Positions 37,992-50,676 of a DNA stretch of 64,000 nt are shown here, in pieces. The stretch is from Hormiphora californensis. Lineage: Eukaryota > Animalia > Ctenophora. The stretch covers positions 620,001-684,000 of the forward strand of contig CM035362.1 in assembly GCA_020137815.1 (NCBI GenBank), in the 5' to 3' direction. How positions within the stretch are numbered: position 1 is the stretch's first letter; each line of letters begins with the position of its first letter. A model generated the notes under the pieces. It had not been told where the DNA came from. It did no database searches and worked only from the letters and a program-made list of their open reading frames with translations. Both the position numbers and the translations under genes were made by a program.

Positions 37992-38709
37992 TTAATAATT
38001 AGTACATCCGTTATGCAGTAACTCTACTTCGAACTGAAGGGCTGAATTTGGGGGAACAGGTCCGATCTCTGTCTCTCCGTATCCATACTCAGGAGGTATA
38101 GTTAAACGTCTCTTTTCACCGGGACACATCCTGTGGAAAGAATACAGTCAGAGATAAATATTGACTGCCTGATTAGTAATAAAACGAAAGTGGAAGCAAT
38201 TATTTTAGGTTTTAGTAGCACGTTGATTTAGAGATGTTTGCTTTAGTTATTAATTACCCAAGAAGACCGAGATCCCATCCCTTCATGACTCTGCCAACTC
38301 CAAGTATAAACAAATAAGGTTCTTTCCATTTGTAGGATGAATCAATCTCAACGCCCGTCTCCAAAATTCGTCCCTGAATGGATATGTTACCTCTTGAATC
38401 GCTGGACATGGATTTACCCGAATTATCAGAAGATCCAACATCCAGATCAAGTAAGTAAGGCCCCAATTTACCGGGAACCTCAAAGGAAAGGGTTTTGTCG
38501 GGGTTATCCCCGGTAAATAAGGGTATGGTAAATAACGGTTCGACTGTACTCACAACATAGTGTACAACAAGAGTTTCTTCATTAGATGTAGGTAGGGTAC
38601 AGTTCTTCTCCACTAATTTCTCAATCGTAAAACCAGAGCCATCGATATTGGTACCGTCCGAAACTTTAATTAGTACACCCAGAATGATAATTATTGATAT
38701 CCGATACAT
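37992..38709 (-). CDS. FKBP2: Secretory-pathway single-domain FKBP peptidyl-prolyl isomerase (FKBP2-like), 3 exons
   Basis: Signal peptide, VVHYV|[32 protein letters not shown]|[31 protein letters not shown]; introns 38374-38553 and ~38132-38257. Confidence 0.85.
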
Positions 38710-39809
38710 ACTGCAAGTATTAATATGATATTGGGTTATTGGCGTCTAGTTGTTATTATAGTCGATTAGCCAAGACAACTTATCAAGACATTTACAAATT
38801 TGGATGAGATTGCTGCTGTGTCGTTGAAACTTTTCCACAAGTTAGACAAGCAGTATACCATACACAAACGACATCTATACAAAATTGGAACACTGGGAGT
38901 CTTGAGGTTCATTTCCTATTTTCCCTTCCCTGATTTATAAGGGTCAAGGGAAAGGAAAATTTGAAAAATAGGAAATCACCTCAAGACTCTCAGTGTTTCA
39001 TTTTTCAAAATTTGAAAAGAATTTGAATGAAGTTAGAAGCAATCAAATTCTTTTATACATCTTCAGAGTATATGCTTTAGCAGGACTGCTTTCAAAATTG
39101 AGACGTTTTGTGACTTTTTATTGAGAATAGTGTACTCTGTTATTATATGACTTGAAGTTTGGGATTTTGATACATTCTGTCAAACTAGAAAGTATGAAAA
39201 ATAGTAGCTCCTCCATCATACCCGACCCGCTATTAGCAGCATGGTTTACAGTAAACCGTTTACCCGCTGAGCTGTTTGAGCGGCCGTGTTAACGTCCCTC
39301 CGTAATCCTAAAACTAATTTACAGGTCGATAACACGCCACCTCGTTAGTAGTAGTAGGAACAGTACAGGAACCATGTAGCAGGGACCGTTACTTGATGAA
39401 GTCTACTGGAGAGTCAGGTAAATAGGATGGTTGTTGTTCCGTATCTGCTTCATACAGGGTGTCCCACTGTTGTTCCGTATAACAGACCTACATTCCTACA
39501 TGTTTGTTGTGATGTTGTTGATAGGATGTCAAGATTAGCCTCGTGTTTTGAAGAGTTGATAGTAATGTCAATATATCAATTATCATGTGGGCTAATGGAC
39601 GATATATGTCAGCATGTTGGTGGCTAATTTGTGTCGCACAAATCACGTGACAGCGATAAACGGTCATATTTATTTGTCATAATTATATTGATTTATATTC
39701 ACTGCCTTTTTCTCTGTCAGAGCATAAGTTCTGCATAAGGAGCACGCGAGAACTGTGGTCAGAGTATTGGCCTGACAGCTTTTTCTTCAATCTGACCGTG
39801 CACAATTAG

Positions 39810-41490
39810 ATTGGTGTCACTAGATAGAGGAGCTCAGTTGGATTTCTCTAGAACAAAGCCAATACTTGATTAGTACTAGTTATGTAGCTAAACAGTCCAT
39901 TGTCTCTACTTTGTGACTAATTTGTGTGTCATTGTGTCAATATAATAGTTTGTTTATTAATCATTAATTGTAACAGTTGCACTAGACTAATGGTCTGCTC
40001 TGGCTCTAGTCTTAATTCGGGAGTTCCCTATCCCTAGGCCCCCATTGTCTAATGTCTCTCTCTTACTCTCATTGTCTTTCTCTCTCTCCTTCTTTTCTAA
40101 TCGATCTCTCCCTCTCACTCCGACCAAATATATTGTATAACTGCGTCTGCATAACACCTCAATAGCAAATGACTGGGTATGCATCATTTTAGAGAGAGAG
40201 AGAAGGAAAGACAGAGAGGGAAAAGAGAGAGAGAGAGGGGAAGCGACGCCTGTTTAGTGGTTAGGGTAAGTTGGTTGCTCCACTGTTGATCGAATCTGCG
40301 TTCCTTTTGCATATTTCTCAATAGTTTGCTTACCTTATAATGTGTTATGGACATATTGTTTATTATTATCTGCCGAAGCAGGGCGGGTTACCCACAGAGC
40401 TTCGTCCTTAATGCAGTATGGACTATGGAGAAGTAGTAAAGATGGTTTATATAACTACTCAACTGATGAGTTAACTAGTTGTAGCAGGAGGTTCAGTGAT
40501 CAGTCACACCCACCCACATTCCGCAGTATCGCAGTAGTGAACTGTTGTAGTAGTGGGTTGAGTATTAGGTTTACACTTCCGTGTTTACCAATATATAATG
40601 ACTTGCTCTCTAACCCATTGTAGATACAGTTCCGAAGTCGTTTGTCTCACAACTAGGAACAGCTCTGCATAGTTCACTTTTCTAAACCTGCATGATTTTG
40701 TATTAAAGTGCTCTTTATCAGATTATTTATTATGCAGCCTAAAATTTAAGCCCGTCTGTCGTCTAAACCACGCATAATTTCACCTCTCACTGACTCGCTT
40801 TCTCTATCTATATATCCTTCTCTTCATCTCTATCTCTCTCTCTCCCCTCTGTCTCTCTCACTCACTCACTCTTTCTCCTAGTTTCTCCCTCCCTTGGGCC
40901 ATATGGTGCTGATACAAATATTGCTCTAAGTGGTAAATTTAAACTCATCCTCAAGTCGAGCGTGTCCAGTGTCTAGAACCTCTCCAGTTGTGTTATGTGT
41001 GTGTGGAAATTTAACCTCTGTCGATCACACAGAGTTGCCTCCATCATGGACCTCACGGAACTCCTCCAAGCTTAGAATGGTATCCTGTTTTACAGTTCGA
41101 TTTGATCCATAGAACCTTTCGTTAATACTCCTTTGACTTTCTAGAATTGTTTGACTGTCTGATCCTGTAGAATTTATTTACTAGGTATTTAATGTTTCAT
41201 CCAAATGTGATTAAAAATAGTATCCTAGTATCCTAGTATCCTATTTTATATTTAACAGTTAGATCAGAGCTACTAAGAGAACCCTAGGACAGCTTTGTCC
41301 CACATAATACTAGGTTATCAATATCCTATTTATCAGTTATTTGTTGTTTATTGTGTGCTATTGATTGAGAGGGAAGGGCCCTAGAACATATCTGGCCAGA
41401 TGGTCGTTTCCCTATACTAAACCACGCTGAAACAGCTATCGAATATATCAATCCGCTAGTGTGATCTAGGTATCTTGTAGTGGATCAGGT
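39810..41490 (+). repeat. ~1.65-kb interspersed repeat, copy A (no ORF or TIR recognised)
   Basis: Colinear inverted homolog at ~59735-61381. Confidence 0.85.
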
Positions 41491-43305
41491 CTGCACTGGA
41501 TCAGATCGTGACGCGAGATCTACCTAATAGTGGTGTCAATGGTTGTATAATACACAGTGCCTGGAGTCAGGGGTATAGAGACTGGGTCCGTGAGAGAGAT
41601 TTAGTTAGTGAGAGATGGAGAGAGAGAGAGGTAGAGAGAGAGAGATTTAGTTAGTGAGAGAGAGGGAGATGGAGAGGAGGAGGAATGAGAGGGAAAGAGA
41701 TCGAGATCGAGAGGAGGAGTGAGAAAAGAAGAGAGAGACACCCAATACGTGATTGAACCAAGGATAGTGATCGAAGTGGTCTTCCGATTTCACAGCTGTG
41801 CCATAATTACAGAGAGAGAGAGGGAGAGAGATATAGAGAGAGAGAGATCAGTAGATCACGAGCAATATACAATCCTCTCCTGGCCCCCTCTATTTTCCTG
41901 ATCTCTCTAGCACAATAATCGATTAGGACATGTACCTACTAAATACGCTGTCCCTTTCCATATTTTGAGTTGAATTGACTAGGCCTAATTATAACATGAC
42001 TGCTTATTGTGAAACACTCGCAAACTATACATATATATGCGAAATTATAACTGTATTCAAAATTGGAAGACGTTGCTGTGGCAACTATCAACCCACCATT
42101 ACCTGGATTTCTTACCAAGTTAATGGGAGTAAACCCCGAGTAAACCACAACCCTCCCATTATATAGTAGCATGTTAAAATTATCTGTGTGTGTCATCCAT
42201 ACTACTCTCTTAGCAACTGATCATGGGAATGTCTAATAGTTTCCCAGTAGTAATTCGTTATTTTCTCTAGGACATAGAACGATGTGTGGGAACACACTCT
42301 ATAATCTATATCGGTAGATAGATGCCGATAGCGTACATGTGAATCACATAATGTGGTACTGGTAGCTGCAGCGGGTCTATTATCACTCTCAACTTGATTC
42401 ACTATTTTAGTTTACTGAATAATATTCTGGTACCCTAATATTTGTCCTGCTGAGATTTGTAAATTATTCTTGAATTTTATGTTTACAATGCATGATCCTA
42501 AGTGGCTAAATATAAAACATGAATATAAATTTAGGATGGTGAGAGACATGATTTATTCAAAATTATAACTCTGAATAGGTCGACTCTAGTAGAGATATAC
42601 CCTAGCACATAGTTTATTCCCAATTATCTCCCAGCTCTATCACACATTCTCTAATTCCTTCCCTTCTTCTTTTCTTGCTCTCCTAGTATCATTGTTCTCA
42701 TTGTTCTCATTGTTCTCATCTTGCCATTTAGGCAATTGGAAAGGATTCAGTGGGAAAAGGATGTCCTTTCCGCACAGGACCTTCAGAGCCTGATAAGAGA
42801 GAGATGGAATTATATACTATATAGAGATGAATGAGCTACTAGCTAGAGACTAGAGACTACTAGCTAAAGACTATATAGTATATACTACTAGCTAGACACT
42901 CGTTAGTATTATGGTGGCTGTTGGGATTTCCCGTGTGATTATTTTAGTTGGGAGCTTTCACCACTGAACATGTCTTGTATTTCTACATTTCCAGTCCTCC
43001 CAGTTTCCTATATTTCTCTCATGATGGCAGGGAGGTAACATGTGTTCAGTGTAATTTAGCACATTTGTTCTGAGAGTGCTGCACTCATTATCCAGTGCCA
43101 CTGTTGCAGTTGCTGCTACAGATTATATGGGTTATGTTGTAGTCCACTGAAGTCTTCATTATGCCTTTCACTGCCAATTTTTGTTTGCAACGGAAAGGGG
43201 GGCTCTCGCTATCCCTCTTGTAATATTTGATACTTTGAGTGAGAAGTGCATAAAAACTAGTATGAGAGAAAAGTGTGTGTGTGTATTTTGACCTGATGGA
43301 CTTAA

Positions 43306-44898
43306 CCCTTTGAGGCCCATAGTGATTGGCTGAACGAAATTTTCTAATTTTTCCCAGATATACCCAGCATGATACTCTAAGATTAGGGGAAAAATAGTTT
43401 TTCAAATCGGTTCATTACTTTTTCAAATACAGCATGGGTCATATATGACCCTCTGGGTCGTTTGGGAAGTTAAGAATTTCAAGCGGCCAAGGGGTCCTCC
43501 ATATGCCTTCCAAGCCACAAAATCTGGTTAGTCAGTGCCCTAGAGATGAAACGAGTTGACAGGAACCGTTACATGATCTGAATTCACTGATTTCTCTAAT
43601 TAGGGGTAGGTTTCAGGTCATATGACACTCTGGGTTGTTCATTGCACATCACCTCACATGTGTTATTCAGGCTTTGGACGCTGTTTATGATCAAATAAGA
43701 TGCCAAACCCGCAGTAAATCATCACATTAGTGGGGGTAGAGCATCAAATTAAGTCCCTATTCCTACTTCTAATTGATATAATTGGAAAATTGGATAATTG
43801 AAGGTTGTGCAACTACCATGCTTCACCGAAGCGCAAGGTAGGATCATCCCTACAGCCTAATAACCCTCATACTTGACCCAAACCTGTTTTTAGCGACCTT
43901 TGACCTGTTTTATTTCACCTCTTTTCACTTTAAAGTAATATGAACTTCACCGTTAGGATACAACCTGATGCAGAAGTGATGTATGATCAGGACCAGCCTG
44001 AACCGTGCGCTTCGGTGAAGCATGGTAGTTGCACAACCTTCAATTACCTAATTATCCAATTATATCAGTTAGAAGTAGGAATAGGGACTTAATTTTGTGC
44101 TCTACCCCCACTAATGCGATGATTCTACACGTTTTAGTGCCCTCATTTGCCCCAAAACTTCTCCCAAAACTGGAGGTATGTGCAGGATGATAATGAGATA
44201 ATTACCCAATTATCTCGATAAGGGGTCGAGATAGGGACTTAATTTGATGCTCTACCCCCACTAATGTGATGAATTAACGCGGGTTTAGCATCTTGTTTGA
44301 TCATAAACGGCGTTTAAAGACTGAATTTAACATGATAGGTAGTTTTCCGTGAACGACCCAGAGGGTCATATATGACCCTAAACCTAGACTAAATCGTAGA
44401 AATCGGTCAATACGGTTCATGAAACGGTTCCTGTGGAATTGTATAATCATTAGGGCACTGAATAACCAGTTTTTGAGACTCTGAAAGCATACGGAGGACT
44501 CCCAGGCCGTTTGAAATTCTTAACTTCCCAAACGACCCAGAGGGTCATATATGACCCGAAACCAAAAATTGAGTTTTCTCAGTCAAAAATGAATATTTTT
44601 TGATGCCGTTTGTTCTAGAAGCTCCATTTAATCTACTAGTATATTATTCTAGAAGGAAATTAGTTTAGGACAATTCATCAGGAAATGAGACCTAATTAGA
44701 AAAAATGACCGAAGTGGGGTTCATTTAGTCCTAATTAGGAACTTCCTCATATAACTTGGCATGAAAATGTCCCGATTTATAGATAGAGAATCGTTCAAGC
44801 TACCACCTGGCATTTTATTTTAGGCCAAAACTTTATCAGGCTTTTCGCTAGGAAGCCTCAAACTTTTGGACATATATGACCCTCTGGGCCTCAAAGGG
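43306..44898. mobile_element. piggyBac-type non-autonomous element
   Basis: TTAA|CCCTTTGAGGCCCA...TGGGCCTCAAAGGG|TTAA; internal GGGTCATATATGACCC palindromes and long internal inverted arms. Confidence 0.92.
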
Positions 44899-45065
44899 TT
44901 AAACCTGTATCCGGCTACCTGTTCAAGCACTGCAAATGGATGGAAACTACTCAGCAATCAACCCTCGCAGCAAAACAGATAAACCTGTCGTTTTTATTGT
45001 CAGTTACTATCCCTGTGATTGTTCTAGATTATTTTATAGGTATGTCGCGAGTTAGTAAGCTATTC

Positions 45066-45540
45066 TCAGTCAGTCAGTCAGTCAGTCAGTCAGTCAGTCA
45101 GTCAGTCAGTCAGTCAGTCAGTCAGTCAGTCAGTCAGTCAGTCAGTCAGTCAGTCAGTCAGTCAGTCAGCCAGTCAGTCAGTCAGTCAGTCAGTCAGTCA
45201 GTCAGTCAGTCAGTCAGTCAGTCAGTCAGTCAGTCAGTCAGTCAGTCAGTCAGTCAGTCAGTCAGTCAGTCAGTCAGTCAGGCAGTCAGTCAGTCAGTCA
45301 GTCAGTCAGTCAGTCAGTCAGTCAGTCAGTCAGTCAGTCAGTCAGTCAGTCAGTCAGTTGCAGTCAGTCTATCACTCAGTCAATCACTCAGTCAATCACT
45401 CAGTCAATCACTCAGTCAGTCAGTCAGTCAGTCAGTCAGTCAGTCAGTCAGTCAGTCAGTCAGTCAGTCAGTCAGTCAGTCAGTCAGTCAGTTGCAGTCA
45501 GTCTATCACTCAGTCAATCACTCAGTCAATCACTCAGTCA
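45066..45540. repeat. (CAGT)n microsatellite with CAGTCAATCACT variants
   Basis: Direct reading. Confidence 0.97.
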
Positions 45541-48242
45541 CGCAGTGTATTATGAATATGATCTCTTCATTTCTATTTCTTCTGTATAGTGTCATTAGGC
45601 ACTTAGGTTTTCATCCCCTTAGTACTCATTCCTAGTTAGCTTCCCCGTTTCACCCCGGCTACATCGTTCTTTTTATCAGTTTCTGGGAGGTGTGTGCTTC
45701 TATATGCTTCCCCTCGCCACGGCCACTATTATTATTGTTTTTATTTCTAGGCTGGACCTCTCCTCAGTTCCCTCTGCCTCAGTCCCTACTTTCATAGCAG
45801 GCGCCAGGCATGTTTCGTACCTTCCGCTTCATTCATGGATCGGGTCATTGGTTGCTTATTCCTCTTCTCTCCTTCCCGCCATTATTCCTTTCCGGTGTTC
45901 GCCCCCTAGGTGCCTGCTAGACTGCAAGATTGGCACGTGACCTTCGGTGTTTAATTTATAGAGAGAGTTTTGTTTATAAACATTTATGGGTCAGCGTGGG
46001 AAAGGGAGGTGCCTTTTCATAGAGTAGGTAGTCGAGGGGTCTCACTTTAGATAGGATTGCATATTACAGTTATCACTGACCCGCTTACAATACTTTTTCA
46101 GGCAAGCATATTCTATCATTATGATAGTATCATATTTCAGGTGTCTACCACATCTCAGTAATACCTTTCTGTACATACGCAGGGCACAACTCCCGAGTGG
46201 AGAACCATTCATTGCTCATTATGTGTTTTATGTGTTACAGCATTACTAACCTAGGCCCTAGACTCTGGCATTCGCAGGGCACCTCTCACATATATGAGAA
46301 AGGGGTAAGTTCATGCACCCACTCCGCAATTACATTCCCCAGATACAACTGTCTATATAGCGGACAGATAAAACCAAACCACAATTTACGACATTTTTGG
46401 GTTCCGTGATTCCGATTGTTTCTTCCCCTGCCCCTCCTTCTCTAAGGTCTTCTTCCGCATTCTTCTTCATTCTTCCGCATTCTTCTTGGCTAATCCCGCT
46501 CTACTTCCTTTTCTCTCCGTTCTATCTCTCCCCGCGCCCTCCTCCCTCTCCCTTTTTCTCTCAATGATGGTGGGGGGGGGTTTTTGTTGGGGGTGCCCCA
46601 TTAGGAGTTGGGGGCTAAAAAAAAAAAGAAGTTTTCATTTTGGTGATTCCCTATTTACCATTTTGGTTTTATTGTTTGATATAAAACCCTCGTATTTCTT
46701 TTCAAAGATCTGAAAAGGGGGCACCGATCCCTGTTTTACTCAATTTTGTGTTCCAAACTCAAACACGTGTTTTACTTTTCCACGTGCGTCCAGCGTAAGT
46801 GACCAGTCCCCCCCCTTTTGGTTTTTTTTTCCCCCCTTCCTTTTTAAAAACCCCCAAAAAACCCCCCCAAAAAAAAAAAAAACCCCCCCTTTTTTAAACC
46901 CCCCCCCCCCCCCCCCCCCCCCCTTTTTTGCCCCTTTTTTTCCCCCCCCCCCCCCCCTCTCCCCCTCCCAAACCTCTCTCTCTGATCTCCTTTTTTTCCC
47001 CTATCCCCTCTCTCTTTTTTTCTCCCCTACTTTTCTCTCTCTCCTCCCCAAACTCTTTTCCCACCTCCAGTAGGTGAAGGTAGAATAACCTCTCAATTCT
47101 CGTGAGGCGAACTGAGAACAAGACCATTAGACTCGATTGGTGATCTTATTGTTTAGTTTGGTGTTCTTACCTTTGCATTGACTCTAAGTTACAGTTATAA
47201 GAATCTGAAATGTTTGCTTTCTGTTAGTTTTCTAATGTTGAGAATCTCAAAACTTATTGGTCTTTCTTGGTCCTCCCTTCGCCCAATGATTTGTAAAGGG
47301 CTGGAGCTATCGGACCGGTAAATTCATTGGCTAGCTATCACATGACCACCACCAAATAGACAATAAGAGACCCCTACCCGGCTAATATTATGTGGTGTCT
47401 CACAGAGCTGTTATTCAGTGTGTCAGCTACCTCTCTGTAACAAATCATTAGTCACTCCGAGTCACTGCATGTTATTTGATAAGACGTTCCTTTTTCCTCC
47501 CCGGTAACTTATACAGTGGTAGCGTGCACCTGTGCCTTTTTGGCCGTAATCTCCAGCTTATCTTATATTGCAATGTGTTACAAAGCTTATCGGCAGTTGT
47601 ATATAAGTCATGAACACCTGTACCAGCTTTTAGCGATAGTTCCCAGTACTATCCCGCCTACTCAATTGTATCAACACTATATTATACAGTGAGGAATCCT
47701 CACTCTGAGGGTTGCCCAATTCCCAGTGCACCATTTGAGTACGGTACACCCTCTCGCAAGAGAGAGAGAGTACCGTGCATGAGGGAGAGAGAAGGGGACC
47801 TCGTACCCAGTGTATCCTAGTGTGAGAAGCTGACAGGATCGTGTCCATTGTATTGAGAGTAGGGATTGATCATCAGTCCACTGATGATCTTTGAGGGAGA
47901 ATGGCCCCCATCCTGTATGGTGAATACAGTTGTTCTAATTGTTCGGAGGTCGAGAGGTCGCTTGCCTTGCTCGACCCTGTTTCCCGCGTCACGCCCTGGA
48001 TATGTAAAGGGGGGGGGGGGGGGGGTTAGAACATAACAAGAGGTCGCACAGTCTGAACAAGACAAAAAGAAAGGAAAACCCGAAACTCGAAAGAGAGTCA
48101 GGAGTGATTGCGCCGGGGCAGGGGAATCTGCAATATCTAAAACTCATTCCCGCCTTATATAAATTGACCTGGGTTTTTGGTTTGAACTTTTTTGGCCTTC
48201 GCGGCAGAGTGAAAGATGGAGATCGAGTGATAGAGTGGGAGA

Positions 48243-48288
<46 letters not shown>

Positions 48289-49189
48289 AGAGAGACAGAG
48301 AGAGACAGAGACAGAAATAGAGAGATAGATGGTACAACTGCACGACGAAATGTCATTGTCTAACACCGTATAGTCGTAGTACAACACCTGCTCAGGGAAA
48401 GCCGAAAGGGGTTTTATTGTGTAATCCCTGACCCTGCTCTCCTGATAAATTGTCTTTCTTTTTAAAATCTGCTCTTCTTTTTGTCATGCGTCTTCTTTTT
48501 TTGTCATGTGTCCGTCTAGTCCTTCAAATAATAATTGCGTTCGATTGCGTAACGCGCGATATCGGAAATGTGTCAGAAGTGCGTCAAACAGCACTCCCTG
48601 CACGAGAGTCTCGAGACTTCTTGTTCTACTAATCATGACTCTGAAACGATGAGTCGTTGAATATTGATTCATCAATGATGAATCATCATGACTCATGGGC
48701 CAGCGGCCAGCCCCACCCTCAATGACTCATGGCACAGGCGGGTGTATTTACATTCCAACAGGTCGGAACCATCATGTCATAACGGTTATGATATGATGGT
48801 TCTTATTGGATTGTAAATTGCTACCCACCAGCAGTTCCACCCTCATTACGAGATGATGTAATCTCTCGTGGTGCCGTCTCACTGTATCTCCTAATTTGAA
48901 TAATGAACTCCTAATTTGAATAAAGAACTGCCCATTTTAGTTTGAATGTACATAATTGTACTTGTACATGTAACTAAGTTAGTAACTTGGCCCCAATTCC
49001 AGTTTCTCTCTAATTAACTCCTCTTGTCCTTATATTGATTTCTCTCGTGTCCTATAATGCCACCCGATCGCAGTTGTGTGGGTTTGAGTGTGGTTGAGAT
49101 CAGTAGGTGCATAAATGAACGTCTTTATTCTCTGTCTTTCTCTAGTATCTCTTCTAGTAATCCTCTCTCTTCCTCTCTCTCCTCTCCTC

Positions 49190-49227
<38 letters not shown>

Positions 49228-49229
49228 CG

Positions 49230-49365
<136 letters not shown>

Positions 49366-50676
49366 ACTCTCTCTCTATCTCTCACTCTCTCTCTCTAGCT
49401 ATCTCTCCCACCCGTCGTATGGAGTTTGGACGAAGGAGTTAGAAATTATCAACCTGGGCCTGGATAGCATACTGGCTTTTTCTATTTTGAATTTCAACCT
49501 GATATCAGTTTTTTTGTATTATGTCCCCCTCGCCCTGTCAGAGCATTGGTCTGACCCCATTCTCTGAGCGTGTGAGAACAGCGGTCAGAGCATTCGCCTA
49601 ATACCCGACCCATAGCTACTTATATTCTACTTGGGTATGAGAGAGCCCAATATTTCTATTTACTTTTTGTAATTAATTCTCCTAGTGTAATAACAGCTGT
49701 GGAGACGGAGAAATTCCAAAGAACTAACGAGAAATCTTAGCATCTGAGACCGCCAGAAAGATAACCCTTTATCACATTGCCAATTGCCAAAATATGCCTG
49801 ATAATCTCTTATTTCCATACTTTCCAACTGCATGTCCAGTGAAAAATTAATTATTCAAAATCAAAGATCATTCACTAATTTCTTTGGTACCATTGCCACC
49901 TGTTCAATCCGTTAACATGTGCGAGCCCGATCTCAGTCGCACGTATAACAGGTGTCACCAACCAATTTCTTATTGTGCTGTAATTCACGCCTCCCATTAC
50001 CGATATCACTAATTAAATGTTGAATTGTTGAAATGTGTGTGGTTATCAATTACTGTGTGTTCCCATAGTTGGCACAGTGGCACACACTTGTTGTAACTAC
50101 ATTGCCACATTTAATGATTAATTTTCTAATCAACAGTGTCCTGAGCTTCCATAGTTCAACTGTTTGTTTCCTTGCCTGTGATTGCTGCGTCTGGAGGATG
50201 CCCGAAAGTAGTAGAGGCCGCACCGAACACGCTTATAAGGCGCCACAGCCATTCCGCCGTTAATCAGTTATTTCGGACGCTCCATAAAGACTATGGTTTT
50301 GTAATTTTAGTATGGGCTGAAGTTTCTTAAATTTAAAAGTGACGTGATGTTATCAGCTCAAGTTTCCTATTACCAGTTAAACGGTACAACTGATAACACT
50401 GCACCACCAGATGTATTCATATGACGTATGTTTAGTTTGTAACTGTATTCCTATGACGTATGTTTAGTAGCCCCTTACTCAACAACATTTCACATGTTTA
50501 GTTTGCAACTGATTGTGCTGATCTTGTGACGTTGTGTCCCCCCCCCCCTTTTTGTACTGCATGTGAGGGAGAAACCGTGCCGAAATCGCCCTCTGGGTGT
50601 TATCTATTTTGACCCCCTCGGTCCTCCACCATTTTGATACATCTCATCACCCCCCTCCCCCATCAGCAGTAACAAG

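Noticed and set aside
44940-45635. 231-aa ORF and other SL/ER-repeat ORFs
   Set aside because: Translations of (CAGT)n and (CT)n microsatellites.
46790-47060. Poly-C/A/T stretch as G-quadruplex or ORF
   Set aside because: Looks like low-quality sequence.
47630-48065. Possible LTR integrase remnant (RTT..GHSPSKIISG)
   Set aside because: Similarity too weak; no LTRs or other pol motifs seen.
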